Assembly: GCF_009914755.1 (NCBI RefSeq)
Contig: NC_060929.1
DNA from: the human T2T-CHM13v2.0 reference genome, Homo sapiens
Direction: 5' to 3' (one strand)
Length of the DNA: 64,000 nucleotides
The first letter of the stretch is position 1. Each line of letters begins with the position of its first letter. A program made the position numbers and the translations under genes. Of the stretch, positions 49,775-63,321 are shown in pieces. A model generated the notes under the pieces. It was given only the letters and a program-made list of their open reading frames with translations. It had not been told where the DNA came from and did not search any database.

Positions 49775-49885
49775 TGTCTTTGATTTTCTTTTGCATAGTA
49801 TTACTTGTAAATTCATGTGATAATATTTACTATGTCTGGGATTTTTTTGGAAATCCATATGCATGATGGGGGGAAAAATCACAGA

Positions 49886-49886
<1 letters not shown>

Positions 49887-49928
<42 letters not shown>
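49887..49928. repeat. (CA)21 microsatellite
   Basis: Read directly. Confidence 0.97.
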
Positions 49929-49932
<4 letters not shown>

Positions 49933-50152
49933 CTAGATATCTGAAATCAAATTTTTTTTGAAGTTTTTATTGCTACATAATTGATATACGTATTTTCAGA
50001 GTACATGTGATAATTTGATGCATTCATATAATCAAATCAGAGTAATTGAGATATCCATCACCTTAAATATTTTTTCTTTATGGTAGGAACAGTCTAATTA
50101 TTCTGCAGCTGTTTTGAAATGTACAATAGATTATTGTTACCTATGTCAAATT

Positions 50153-50663
<511 letters not shown>

Positions 50664-53249
50664 TCTATAGTCAAATTTTTAAGTTCAGATTCTGCCCCTG
50701 TTTTCCCATCAAAACTACCCCTCTCTCACATTTTTCCTCTTCTGATTGAAGGCAAAGCCAATCAACCACGCTGGATGTCTGGATATCATCCCCAGCTGCA
50801 CCCTTTCTGTAATCGTTACATGTATTTGGTTACCAAGTCTAGTCAGTTTTCCCTTTAAGTGTGCTTTCTGACTATTCTGACTGTGGAGAACTTCTATACT
50901 GACTCAAAATACTGATGGTGTAACATAATAAGACAATGTCAAACTTACAAAAACTTGTAGTTTTTAACATCCATGTACACTTTGAAAAAAAATTAAGGAA
51001 GTATTTCAGCCAATCAAAAAACTGAAACACAATAAGTAGTTTGAGAATAACAAGCATATTACAGTCCATCTTTATGTGTCTCAGCCTCCCACAGTGATAA
51101 GAAGTGAAGGCGCAAGGTCCTATCTACTTTGAAGGGGGAACATAATCTTTTGGCCCATGGAGTTGGTTTCTGTAACTTGTAAGAATGACTCCCCTTTTCA
51201 AAGTTTGGTCGGACATTTACAGATCTGTTTCTTTATGTCTTCATCAGCATGAGCCTGAGAACCTTGGCTGGAGTATCAACCAACCCACTGTAGGATGCGA
51301 TTTTTCTGGTTGCCTGTGTGCACTCAAGTTTCTTCCTCCTCTTTCCCTTCTTTGGCTAGTTTTAATAATCAAAAGAAGGTGGGGAAGCAGCATATGGGGC
51401 CCAGTTAAGCTGAGCACAGAGTTGTTTTTAATGAATAATTCCAACCTAACCACAGGACAGTGGTATTTACCAGTCAAACTCCTAAGTCTTTTTCTGGAAG
51501 GGAGGATGGGGAGGTGGAAGAGACAATCTGATTATAAAATATACATGGAAATACAAAATGCCAAGAATAGCCAGCAACTCACAAAGAAGAATATGGAGGG
51601 TGGCCCTACTTAGCCAATGTGTCAGATAATACACAGTTAAAGTAAATAAGGCAGTGTGATATTTGCTCTGGGATGAACAAACAGGCCAGAGAGAAGAAAA
51701 TAGTCCAGATTTGTCAGTCGTTTTATAGTTTTTGCTTTTAGAATCATGTTTGATTCTAAACAGCTTTCTTAATACCTAAACAGCTTTCTTAAATTAATAA
51801 AGATGAAACCAGAATGCAATTAATTAAAAAACAAAAATACCAATAAAACCTGATTCATAAATTAAAAAACTTAGAAAATAAGAATTGACGAGAAGGAAAT
51901 AATTATTAAAAGAGAAAATATTGAAAATTGTAAGAGACTATATAAATGTCGACAAATAAATTTTAAAAACCTATGTGAAATTGGCTCTAGCAGATATACA
52001 GCAGATATAGAAAGTCTAAACCTATGCACTTTTGAAAATGAATGGAGAATAAACATTAAAAACATTAAAAGCTCAGTAGGTGGTTTTCCAAAGGAATTCC
52101 ACCAAATATGTTTACATGGTCCATGTCTTACTTTTTTTTTTTTTTTCAGTCTAATGACTCTTCTTCAGAGCCTTCAACATGAGATAGCACAGAAACGAAT
52201 ACCTTTTTTCCCTTCGGTATTGCAATATGTGATTAAGGAAGTCATCAGTGATGCCCTCTGGCAGTCTATTTGCCATGCACATGTTCTGCCATCATTCTTG
52301 AGGTGTGATTACCCTAATGGTATTAAATCTCAATCAAGATGTTGCAGGAATATCATCCGTTTACTTCTCAGCTTCTGACACATGATGACTCATGAAACAT
52401 CTAGGTTGTGTGCCCTAGCCATGATCTGAAAACCTCTCACCTGAGGAGCATTTAGAATTTAGAAATTAGTTTCAAATGTCTATAAAGATTTTCCTCAGTA
52501 ATAAGAAGCAATAATTTCCCAGTTACCAGATTCTTACTGCTAGATACACTTCCCAGGTGATTAAAAAGGTTTTCTTGTTTTGAGCATAAAATCTACATTA
52601 AAATGGCAAATAGTCTGATCTTTTCTTCCAGCGAATAAGTTCATCCATTTTTAGAGTACTGCATTAGGAGGCATGGGGTTGTTTCTAGATTCCACTCTCT
52701 CCATCTGCTTGTTTGGTCATCAGCCTGGTACATTTCATGTACAACTGTGTAACGGCTCCATTGTTTTTATATGTCTAGTTCTGAATATATACAAAGATCT
52801 ATGTCTCCCACGGGTTCTAATTTGGTTTTGAGGATGTCTTTCATCATCTCTCAGTTCTACTTATGGCTAGTGGTATCCACTCCATCAATAATGCCCAGGT
52901 GGAAATCGTTCTCATAGCAACTTAGTATTCACATTGGCAATAAGGAAACCTAGTCTACAGAAGCTGTTATACCTACGGTACATCCCAGGTTGTACCAATA
53001 CTTACTGTATAATAGTTTCCTGGACTTTCTCAAAATGTAGCAGTGACTGTGGAGTCACCATTGCCCATCTTACAGGGAAATTCTCACAATAATTCTGTTC
53101 AGTCCTACCTTGGTAACAGGGCAAAGTCCTTCTTTCCTATTTCTACTTTATGCAGGACAACTAAGCTCCATACTTTGTTTATAGAAACATACAACTCTCC
53201 GGAACTGATGAATGGTCTATAGGTGATGAGTCAGGGGGATATTGCACTT

Positions 53250-53640
53250 TACCTTCCTTGGGGAGAAAATTATGAGGTGGAGATTCGTGTCCAGAGGCTT
53301 TTTAGGAAGTGCTCTTGAGGTCAACACCTGTGTAAGTGAAAGAAGCAAGATTGGGCAGGGATGAAGGCAAAGCATGAGGCAGTTGAAACTGATGCTACAG
53401 TATACTACAGTTTGTTTTGAAATGGGACTGACCCTTCAGAGCTGTCTGAGTTAGAATGATGGTGAGTTTTATAATCTTGTGTTGAGCAGTCATTGTGTAT
53501 GGACCATGCCAGGAAGAGCATTTGACCATGTGAGAAGGGGTTGTCTTCAGATGAGACAATTTGCAAAGGAGCCTGTCAGATGAGGGTAATAAGTCCTTTC
53601 CAGAAGGGGAATCTTAGTGAACATCAGAGCATCCACCACT
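53250..53640. mobile_element. LTR16-like (ERVL) LTR, possibly with internal relic upstream
   Basis: ggaagtgctcttgaggtcaacacctgtgtaagtgaaagaagcaagattgggcag. Confidence 0.6.
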
Positions 53641-54505
53641 GAGATGCAGGGTACAGCCACGTTCAAGAGAAGTTTGTTCTGAAAAGCTCTCCCTCTCTTT
53701 CCCTTGGTCTTTTATGATATACCTTATTTTTTCACTGCCCACTTTGACTCTTTGCCTTCTACCCATTCCTGTTTCCTTCCTGCCCCATCCACTGTTGTTG
53801 GTCCCAAGAGTACTCCCTATTATGTCTTTCCTCTCTTGTCTTTCTCTTAGCAGAGTAACTTCTAGAAACTTTGTTAAGTATCACTGTAGGCTGGTAAAAA
53901 TAAAATGGTCCTGGGAAGATAAGAGGAAAGAAATATACAGAGAACAACTATGCCAATACTTTGAGAGAGAATCATGATGCATATCATTTTTATCTCTACC
54001 TTTTCCTCTGCATTCTAAAACAACTTGAATTTGTCCTATGCATCACTGATTAAATTTTCTGCAGTTTGAATTCTGTATTTTATTGTTTCTCATGAACATT
54101 GTAGTTTTGCAATTGCATTTTTTCTTTGAGATTTTTATTATTAAATAGTATTATTTTAATCTCTTCACTCAAGCTTTTGTTTCTTCATAGTTGCTTATTG
54201 TTATTTTTAAAATATATACATTTAAAAAATTTTGTAAGGGCTTCTAGGAAAATATGTGCTCCCTGCCTGAGACCTCATTAGATGTACTTATGAAAAATCT
54301 GTAATTCTGGGATGCAGTGCATCATTCCCATTCCTTTTACTCTCTACATATTACGAATTGGAAACTCAGAATTGATATAAAGATGAAAGAGCTGATAACA
54401 GTGGGAACACTAAAGCTCTGAGGTAGGTGGCAGCCAGTTATTCTTGGTTAGTGTAGTCTCTGTGGCCTGGAGTTCAAAGAAGTCAGGAAATGGGTCTTAC
54501 CCCCA

Positions 54506-54867
54506 GTATTAGTTTGTTCTCACACTGCTAATAAAGACATACTCAAGACTGGGTAATTTATAAAGGAAAGGAGGTTTAATGGACTCACAGTTCCACATGG
54601 CTGGAGAGGCCTCACAATTATGGCAGAAGATGAAGGAGGAGCAAAGGCATGTCTTACATGGCCACAGGCAAGAGAGCGTGTGTAGGGGAATGGTCCTTTA
54701 TAAAACCATCAAATCTTGTGAGTCTTACTCATTATCATGAGAACACCACTGGAAAAAACCCACCCCCATGATTCAACACCTCCCGCCAGGTCCCTCCCAT
54801 GACGTGGGGATTATGGGAGCTACAATTCAAGATGAGATTTGGGTGGGGACACAGCCAAACCTTAACA
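54506..54867 (-). mobile_element. THE1-like MaLR solo LTR
   Basis: ctgctaataaagacatactcaagactgggtaatttataaagg...ggattatgggagctacaattcaagatgagatttgggtggggacacagccaaacc. Confidence 0.93.
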
Positions 54868-55739
54868 CCCACTTTGTGGTACTTCTTGTTATTTAGGTTC
54901 ATGGCGTGGAATGTGTATCCTCTAGTCTACTCCAAACTGATTCCTTCATTAGTGAAATTTTACCTGTATTTTAGAAAGATTTTAATCTTTAGTTTCTTTC
55001 TTTCTGTTAGTCTTGGCCCTTTATGGTGTCTACATGTGCATTTGAAGAAGGCACAACTCATGCAACCAGTCTCTGCCAGTTTAACTCAGAAGTCTCTTTC
55101 CTACATCTTTGTTTTAATTTGCTGTAAAAATATATGTGCTCATGGAAAACAAACAAACAAACAAACAAACAAAAACAAAAAAACCTCAGTCAGTACAGAA
55201 GGATGTAGAAAAATGAGTAAAATTCCCCTGACTCCTTCTGAATCTTATATTCCTACTTCCCAGAGGTAACCGCTATTGACAGTTTTTTATATACCCTTTG
55301 AAAAATTTTTATGCGTATCCAAACATATGTGTCTTATTCTTACACAAATGGAATTTTACACTGCAATCTGTTCAGTAACTTGCTCTTTTTACTTTATAAT
55401 CTATCTTAAACATTTCTTTTTCATACTAGCTAAAATCCATTGCACTAAAAAAATTGGTTACATATTTTTCATTGCATAGATTCCCCTTAGTATTTGATAC
55501 TATTGACATTTCTTCATGAGCACTGTTTTACTGTGGTGTTTATAGTTCTCTTACATTTTTTATATCTTTCTGGGATTCACATTTCTTGTTTAGTATTTAG
55601 TTCTGTCTAGTTCTCCTTTCCCAAATGTTTATATACTTTTGCAGACTTCCATCACCTATATTTGTATTATTTTCCTCTCCTTTACTATCTTCGCAATCTT
55701 GGTTCTCTTGAGATATGGGAAGTAGCCACTGAAAAGTAA

Positions 55740-55950
55740 AAAGGATATAGATTTTATAGCCAGCTAGACCTTAATCCAAATCTTCACTCTACTGTTTAAT
55801 GCCATGTGACTTTAGGAAAATTAATTTCTCTCACATTTGGGTTCTTTGTTGCAAAATGAGGATAATAAGGCTTAATCTAAACAAAGGCTCTGAGTATTGC
55901 ATGAAATAATGTTTGTGAAGAAACTAACCAATTTACAGACATTTAGAAAG
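55740..55950. mobile_element. MIR relic
   Basis: tccaaatcttcactctact...tgtgactttagg...gcaaaatgaggataata. Confidence 0.65.
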
Positions 55951-56579
55951 TGTTTTATACAACAACTGTAATTTAGAAACATTTTAATGAAATAGCAGGT
56001 TGCTACCTCAACTTAATATCTACATCATAGGATAAAAATTAAAGGCTTTAAATTTTTAAAATTCAACACCTTTTCTACATCATAGAATAAAAAATTAAAG
56101 GTTTTAAATTTTTTAAAAACAGGAAAAATTTATATTTCTATTTTCCTGAGATAGCCTATATATAGTACCATTTCTCAAACTGTTGCTCTGCACTGCTATT
56201 CAGCAGAATAGAAATAATTGTTCTGAATTTTAAAGAAAGAAAGGGATTCCAGGTTCACATGGACTTGGGAAAACCTTGATTGAGCTAAGTAGGCTCTTTC
56301 TATGCAGGATTATTTTTAGACACTTTAATATACTGAATTCCATTTTGAATCTCTAATATTCGGAATTTATTCCCCTATGAAACTTCCCCATCACCTTTTT
56401 ATCCCAGAACATTTATTACTATCTTTCGTAACCATTGGCTGGGATTTTCCACCTGTAATCACCCTTTTCCCCCCTCTTACTGGTTGTAGATTTCTTTGAG
56501 AAATGAAGAGCATATGATATGAAGAGCTGCCTTACATATACAGTAGATAAGGTGGAAGGCAATATAAACATATAAAATA

Positions 56580-57172
56580 TAGTTGATTCTCATGATTCAC
56601 AGTAGCCAATCCTTATCATTCACAATCCCCTACTTGTGAATTTCCCTACTCACTAAGGTGTATTTGCAACCTCCAAAGTCGATACTTCTGGTGTTTTCAT
56701 GGTCATTCAGGGACATACAGAAAGTGTTGGAGAATTTGATTCACCTGATTTGTGCATTTCCAGCCGAGGTTGAAGAAGCCAACACCTTGACTTTGTTTCA
56801 GCTCTCATGTTGTAAACAAATGTTCTTTTTCCAGTCCATTTATTATCACTTTTTTAAATTTTTGTGCTTTCTGTTGGTGAGTTTTCTGTTTAAATTTGCC
56901 CCCAAGTATAGTGCTGAAATATGGCGTTCCTAAGCACAAGAAGGCTGTGATGTACCCTAAGTAGAAAATATGTATGTTAGATGAACTTTATTCAGGTGTG
57001 AGTCATAGTGCTTATTAAACATGAGAAATGTATTTGAATGATTCTAAGTTTTTGCCAATATGTACATGTCTGCAAATTACCACAAAAGTGCTCAATATTG
57101 ATTTTGGGGTTACAAAGTTGGATGAGTAGACAAATGTGCAAATAAGGAATCCAAGAATAGAGGAACCAACTG
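56580..57172. mobile_element. MER82-like TcMar-Tigger element with long TIRs
   Basis: gccccaagtatagtgctgaa...ttcctaagcacaagaaggctgtgatg; mirrored ends (tatttgcaacctccaaagtcgatac / tattgattttggggttacaaa). Confidence 0.75.
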
Positions 57173-57344
57173 TATATAAAATCAGTAGCACCTTGGAGAA
57201 ATTACTGTACATATAAAGAAGTATGTAAAGATGTTTATGGCAATATTATTTGTAATAGTAAATAGCCATTGTCAGATAAATCTTGCAAATAGTATAAAGG
57301 CAAACAATGGAATCCCCACAGCAATGAAAATAATACATTGAGTC

Positions 57345-57700
<356 letters not shown>

Positions 57701-58642
57701 TTAAGGAGACACAGTGCATTTTAGAGTGAATAATATGATGGGAAGAGTTTTGCAAAGGGAGATCGAAATGGGCTAATAAATGGGTCAAAAAGAATAAATT
57801 ATAATAAAAGACCATTTGTTGTCCAGTAGAAACAATGCTGTTGACCGAAGTAGGACCAATTCAAACTATGCACCTGAGATCCAAGAAAAAAAATAAGAAA
57901 AAATAAAATCATTAACATTCTTATGAGTTACCAGTAATGAGAAACAATGTACTATGAGAAAGAAGTATAAAATACCTAGGAATAGATTCAGCAAGAAACA
58001 AGTGGAACTGATATGAGTAAAGATAAAAACAAAATCTTAAAGGTGAAGGTAAAAGAAAACTGAAACATGCATATAAAAGACCAAGGTCTTAGACAGAAAA
58101 ACTACATTTTCTTGTGAATTAGGCCCTTTACTGCTGCCTTTAGATATTTTTGTTAACTAGAAGCTGCCATTACTAATTTAACATCAGCAAAATATACCAT
58201 GAATTGGATATCCAGTGTTGATGAACAACGGCTGGCATCTCAGGGCTGTGGTTGCCCCTACAACTGTGATCTAATGTCATTCACACTTTGTTTTCTCCTT
58301 TGAATGGAGCTGTTTCTTATAAAGTCTATGACCTTTGTCTGTTTACATCATTGTGTGATCATTTGGCTTTCTTTAAAGATTGGATTTTCAACGGTTAACA
58401 TTTTTCAGTAAATTTAGGGGTTGTATTCTTTTCCCATTTTCCCCATAAAGAACCTAAGTGGAATTTGTATTCAGAACTGATTTTTGTGGAGTAATTCTTT
58501 CTAGCTGCAACTCGTAATTCTAGTGACAAAAAAGACACCCTTAAAAATGATTATGGACATAAACGTTATTCTGCTAATGACAACATTCAAACTTTGGCTT
58601 TGGTCAATCTGGAAAATGCACTGTTTCTGTCATTGGATGTAG

Positions 58643-58760
58643 ACTGAGTCCCAGAAGACCATTGTGTTGCACACACTTCAAGACACAGTGTTGGAGGAGG
58701 ACAGGCGTTTCACCATTCAGCTGATATCAATTGATGAGGTAGAAATATCTCCAGTAAAAG
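58643..58760 (+). CDS. ADGRV1: ADGRV1 coding exon R (~60), Calx-beta
   Basis: atgtag|ACT, AAAG|gtaaga; 118 nt, phase 0 to 1; TESQKTIVLHTLQDTVLEEDRRFTIQL. Confidence 0.94.
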
Positions 58761-59943
58761 GTAAGAGAAATTCACATTTTTGGAAATTAAAAAGTAAATT
58801 CTCAGAAAAAATGTAATAAAAATAACCCGTAGTTACAAAAATGGACAGGGTTAGGTTTCATAATTCCTAAAACATAAAGATACCATTTTCCACATGTATT
58901 AAAGGTTAAGAATTTTTTAAATTAAAATTATAATACCCAATCTTGGTAAGGTCATAGGTCAAAGATTTCATACAGCTTAGCTGTGTAATTTTTTTCTAAT
59001 GAAGATGTTTATTGTAGCAGTGTTTATAAAATGTAAAATAAAATATGTCAGCTTCCTAAATGGTCCAACAGTAGGAGACTAGTTAAATGTGTCAGAATAC
59101 TAGGCAGCCATTCAACGTGACATAACAGGAAAAACTCTCAATTACATTAAAAATTAAGAACACATAATTACATGGATAATTGTCACGTTAAGAAAACAGG
59201 TTTTGCAACAACATGCTAAATGTAATCTGTTTTGTCATGTGCATGTCTTACATGAGGTTGGAATTATTTATTTGAAATGTTAATAGTGGTTTTTGATTAC
59301 CTATATTTTCTAAACATATTTACAATTATCACACTTTACCTTTGTAATAAAACATTATTTTTAAATGTGTCATATTATGTTTAGCATTATAGCCTATGTA
59401 CGTCTGTTTTCATCTGAAAGTAGTTACTCAAATATTTTGACACTTCAGAAACAGGCATTTTAATTCTCATTTGCCTCCAGTTGATATGATGATTTGTTTT
59501 TTGGATCCATAGAGAAAAGAGTAATGATTCTAAAATGGTTTTATTGTGCTATAAACAATAATAACCAACCATAAAAAACTGGTTCAGAAACTTTTAGCAT
59601 GAAAATTTGGTGATTAATACATTTCTTTTTTGCCATCAAGAACTCCATCCTATGTGACTAAAAGCAGATTTAATGTCCAAGGAAATTTTTAGAATTGTAG
59701 AGTATCTATCACTGTGTATACTTAGGGTAGTTATAATTTCTGCATTTTATTTAGGATATTTTCCATTAAGGGAATGACATCACTGCACCATATTCTTTTA
59801 TAAGTCTTTAGTTAGCTTTAGTTAACTCTTTCATAAGTCTTTAGTTATCTACATCATGTTAAAATGACAGATGTCACATAGGCTAATTAAACATAGAAGA
59901 ATATATGATTGGATCAGGATAAATCATTTACCATATCAAAAAA

Positions 59944-60230
<287 letters not shown>

Positions 60231-60699
60231 AATTCTTAATATCTTTCTGTCTGACTGTGACACTTGCTGTGACAAGCCACTCTTGATTCCATTAATCCAT
60301 TGCCAAAGAAAGTGAGAGTATAGTGATACAGCTCTTTGTGTCATGAACCCCTAATATGTGTTTCTGGAAACAATTTTCTTTAAGTTTCTGCTAAGTTATA
60401 TGGATACTCAAATACTTGATATAGTTTTCTATTTCCATCTTAATAGAAATATTTGACACAGGTTTATAAATGCTTACAGTCAAATGATAGAGTCAGAAAA
60501 TTAAAAATGAAAAAGTGCCCCCAAGAAATCTTGCTTTTGCCATATAGCCAGTTGACATAGCTATGTAGTCAATTGCAGTGAGCTGCAAAATGGTTACTGT
60601 AGAAACAAATTAATGCCAATGGTAGAGGAGCCCTTGCTTTTCATGAGCATGATAGGGCAATTACTGCCAATTTTTTTTTCTGCCCCTTTCATTAAAATG

Positions 60700-60870
60700 T
60701 AATCTTGGGCAAGCGATTTGCCTCCATGTCTTCAAGACCTCAATGTGCTTCAGAGTCATAGGTAAAATGAGGATATTAATACCTTACTGATATGAGAGTC
60801 ATGAGAATGAACTAGATTCCTGTGTGTAAAGTGCTTAGAAAGTTTCCAGGCATATACTAAGTGCTTATGT
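60700..60870. mobile_element. MIR relic just upstream of exon S
   Basis: tcttgggcaag...gtaaaatgaggatattaatacc...gtaaagtgcttagaaag. Confidence 0.7.
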
Positions 60871-60909
60871 GCACCTGCTACAAAGTGGTCTATATCATCT
60901 TGAATTTAG

Positions 60910-61033
60910 GTAGTGCATCAATAATTATTCGGGGTGATAAGCGAGCATCAGGAGAAGTTGGGATAGCTCCGTCATCTAGGCACATCCTCATTGGGGAACC
61001 CTCAGCAAAATATAATGGTACCGCTATTATCAG
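60910..61033 (+). CDS. ADGRV1: ADGRV1 coding exon S (~61)
   Basis: atttag|GT, CAG|gtaagg; 124 nt, phase 1 to 2; SASIIIRGDKRASGEVGIAPSSRHILIGEP. Confidence 0.94.
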
Positions 61034-61457
61034 GTAAGGACTTCATGATTTTTCTTTGCCTATATGGGGGTTACGAAGTTTTATTTAAATCATTAGTCTT
61101 AAGTTTATCATTCTCAATACATACATAGTCTTCAAGCATTAACATTCTATATACTGTTAACATCCTGTGGAGAGGAGAACAAATTTGGGGCAGAAATTGG
61201 AATAATATCCTGACCTATCTTGATATTAGATCATGAGAAGGTTTCTGACTCTTGAGTGATTTGCACAAATTACACCAAGGAAAGCACATGGAGTTGAGAT
61301 CAGAAAATCTATGTTTTCACCTCTGTTCTGTTACTAAACATGTGATATAAGGGAGTTATTTCATCTCTGCAAGCTTGTGTGTCTTAGCTACAAAATCATT
61401 CCTTAGAACATCATCAGGGCCAAACATTTTGCTTTCAAGTGTTCTAAAATCAGAGTC

Positions 61458-61830
61458 TGTATTAGTCTGTTCTCACACTGCTATAAAGAACTGCTTGAGA
61501 CTGAATAATTTATGAAGAAAAGAGGTTTAATTGGTTCAAGGTTCTGCAGGCTGTACAGGAAGCATGGCTGGGGAGGCCTCAGGAAACTTACAATTATGGC
61601 AGAAGGCGAAAGGAGAGCTGACGTGTCCTACCTGGCTGGAGCAGGTGGAAGGGGTGGAGGGGTGCTATGTACTTTTCAACAACCAGATCTTGTGAGAACT
61701 CTATCAGGAAAACAGCAAGGGGGAAGTCCATCCCCATGATTCAGTCACCTCCCACCAGGCCCCACCTCCAACACTTGAGGTCACACTTCAACATGAGATT
61801 TATGTGGGGACACAGAGCCAAACCATATCA
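61458..61830 (-). mobile_element. MSTA-like MaLR solo LTR
   Basis: tgtattagtctgttctcacactgctataaagaa...ggggacacagagccaaaccatatca. Confidence 0.92.
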
Positions 61831-62361
61831 GGGCCTATCATATAACTAAATTAGTATGATCATAGGCAAGTTTGTTTCTGGTAAATTTTCTTATGGGGGA
61901 TGGGAAGCAACTATCAATGGCATAGCTGGGTTTGACTTTATACTTTATCCTCATGGTAGTTATCCAGAAGTAAGACTATCCCTTCCCATCAGCATGCCCT
62001 TATATGAAGGGTCTTCCAGTCTTTAGAGAACTTAGACTTTTCATATTTTGTACCTTGCGTGTTAAGTGAAAAGCCTATAAATATTAATACTTCTTTTTAT
62101 TTCTTTAAACCTTCTGCTTTTAGTAATCAGTTTTTGCTTGTATTCCTGTCAAGATAGATTTACACTAGCTTAATACTTTGGGTGTTACTATCTTGGAACT
62201 TTAAGACTTCCTTTGGTTTATAGTTTGGTAAATGAGGTTATTTAAAAGAAAACTGTTATTGAAATGGATGAAAATTGATTACTGTTAAAAGACAGAGAAA
62301 ATGTTTAAGAAAAGTACCTTCAACTGAAATGTATTGGATATACATTTGTTTATTGTTGTAG

Positions 62362-62500
62362 CCTTGTTCGAGGCCCAGGGATTTTGGGGGAGGTCACAGT
62401 GTTCTGGAGGATATTCCCTCCTTCCGTGGGGGAATTTGCTGAAACATCAGGAAAACTGACAATGCGAGACGAACAGTCTGCAGTCATTGTAGTAATACAG
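62362..62500 (+). CDS. ADGRV1: ADGRV1 coding exon T (~62), Calx-beta
   Basis: ttgtag|C, CAG|gtatca; 139 nt, phase 2 to 0; LVRGPGILGEVTVFW...EFAETSGKLTM. Confidence 0.95.
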
Positions 62501-62539
62501 GTATCAATATTAGCTGGTTTCTTTTATGCCCTTTACTCT

Positions 62540-62810
62540 CTGTGCTGGTGTGTGCACATGTGTGAGCATATGTGTATGTGTGGGTGTGTTTGTGTGTGTG
62601 TGGTTAGAAGTGGGGGATGGGGAGGAGGTAAATATTACAGCATTTGTGGTTGGCGTGCACGTGTGTGTGTGTGTGTGGTGTGTGTGTGTACGGTTGACAA
62701 TGGAGATTGGGGAGAAGGTTAATGTAACAGCATTTGGTATTGTGGAGGTGCCTGTGTATGGGATTAAGAGTGGGAATGAGGAGGAGATTAATATTACAAA
62801 ATCTGTTGTT
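62540..62810 (+). repeat. TG-rich degenerate tandem repeat in intron T-U
   Basis: Three copies of ggg(g/a)atggggaggaggt(a/t)aatattacagcatttg-like unit separated by TG runs. Confidence 0.75.
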
Positions 62811-62883
62811 ATTATTTAGAGGTTAGGAGTTTTTCTTGAAATTCCACAGATTCTACTGTTGATGACTCTTTGTCTTTTTCTAG

Positions 62884-63066
62884 GCTTTGAACGATGACAT
62901 TCCCGAGGAAAAAAGCTTCTATGAGTTTCAGCTCACTGCAGTCAGTGAGGGAGGAGTTCTGAGTGAATCCAGCAGCACTGCCAACATCACGGTGGTGGCC
63001 AGCGACTCTCCCTATGGCCGATTTGCCTTTTCACATGAGCAACTTCGAGTGTCAGAAGCACAGAGG
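62884..63066 (+). CDS. ADGRV1: ADGRV1 coding exon U (~63), Calx-beta
   Basis: ttctag|GCT, AGG|gtatag; 183 nt, phase 0-0; ALNDDIPEEKSFYEFQLTAVSEGGVL...ASDSPYGRFAF. Confidence 0.96.
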
Positions 63067-63321
63067 GTATAGTATGAAATGCTTAAGATTTTAATATCAT
63101 TTTTATTTTTAGATATGAAAATGTTTTCTTGTTTCTATTCCAGAGTTTTCATAAACTGATTAATTTGCTCCAAACATCATTATTTTAACATATAATCTAT
63201 ATAATTTTATAACCTTATATGTAATTTTAACACAATCCTGGTAAATAGAACGTTTAGTTACAGACAGTATTGTCTGGTAGATTAAACATCTAAATCAAAT
63301 AAGAAAATGCATTTTGCATAG

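Noticed and set aside
48582-49783. Cluster of overlapping ORFs in the GC-richer block, possible retrogene
   Set aside because: ORFs occur on both strands as expected from GC content and show no protein motif; the block is better explained as an L1 5'UTR
51185-51613. 142-aa ORF
   Set aside because: Its end (KIYMEIQNAKNSQ) is a decayed L1 ORF2-like relic; the rest has no recognisable homology
54799-55269. Longest ORF in the track (156 aa)
   Set aside because: Starts in a THE1 LTR and runs through low-complexity (CAAA)n; no splice or domain support
58210-58290. Possible C/D-box snoRNA (ttgatga)
   Set aside because: No properly placed terminal CTGA D box or closing stem seen
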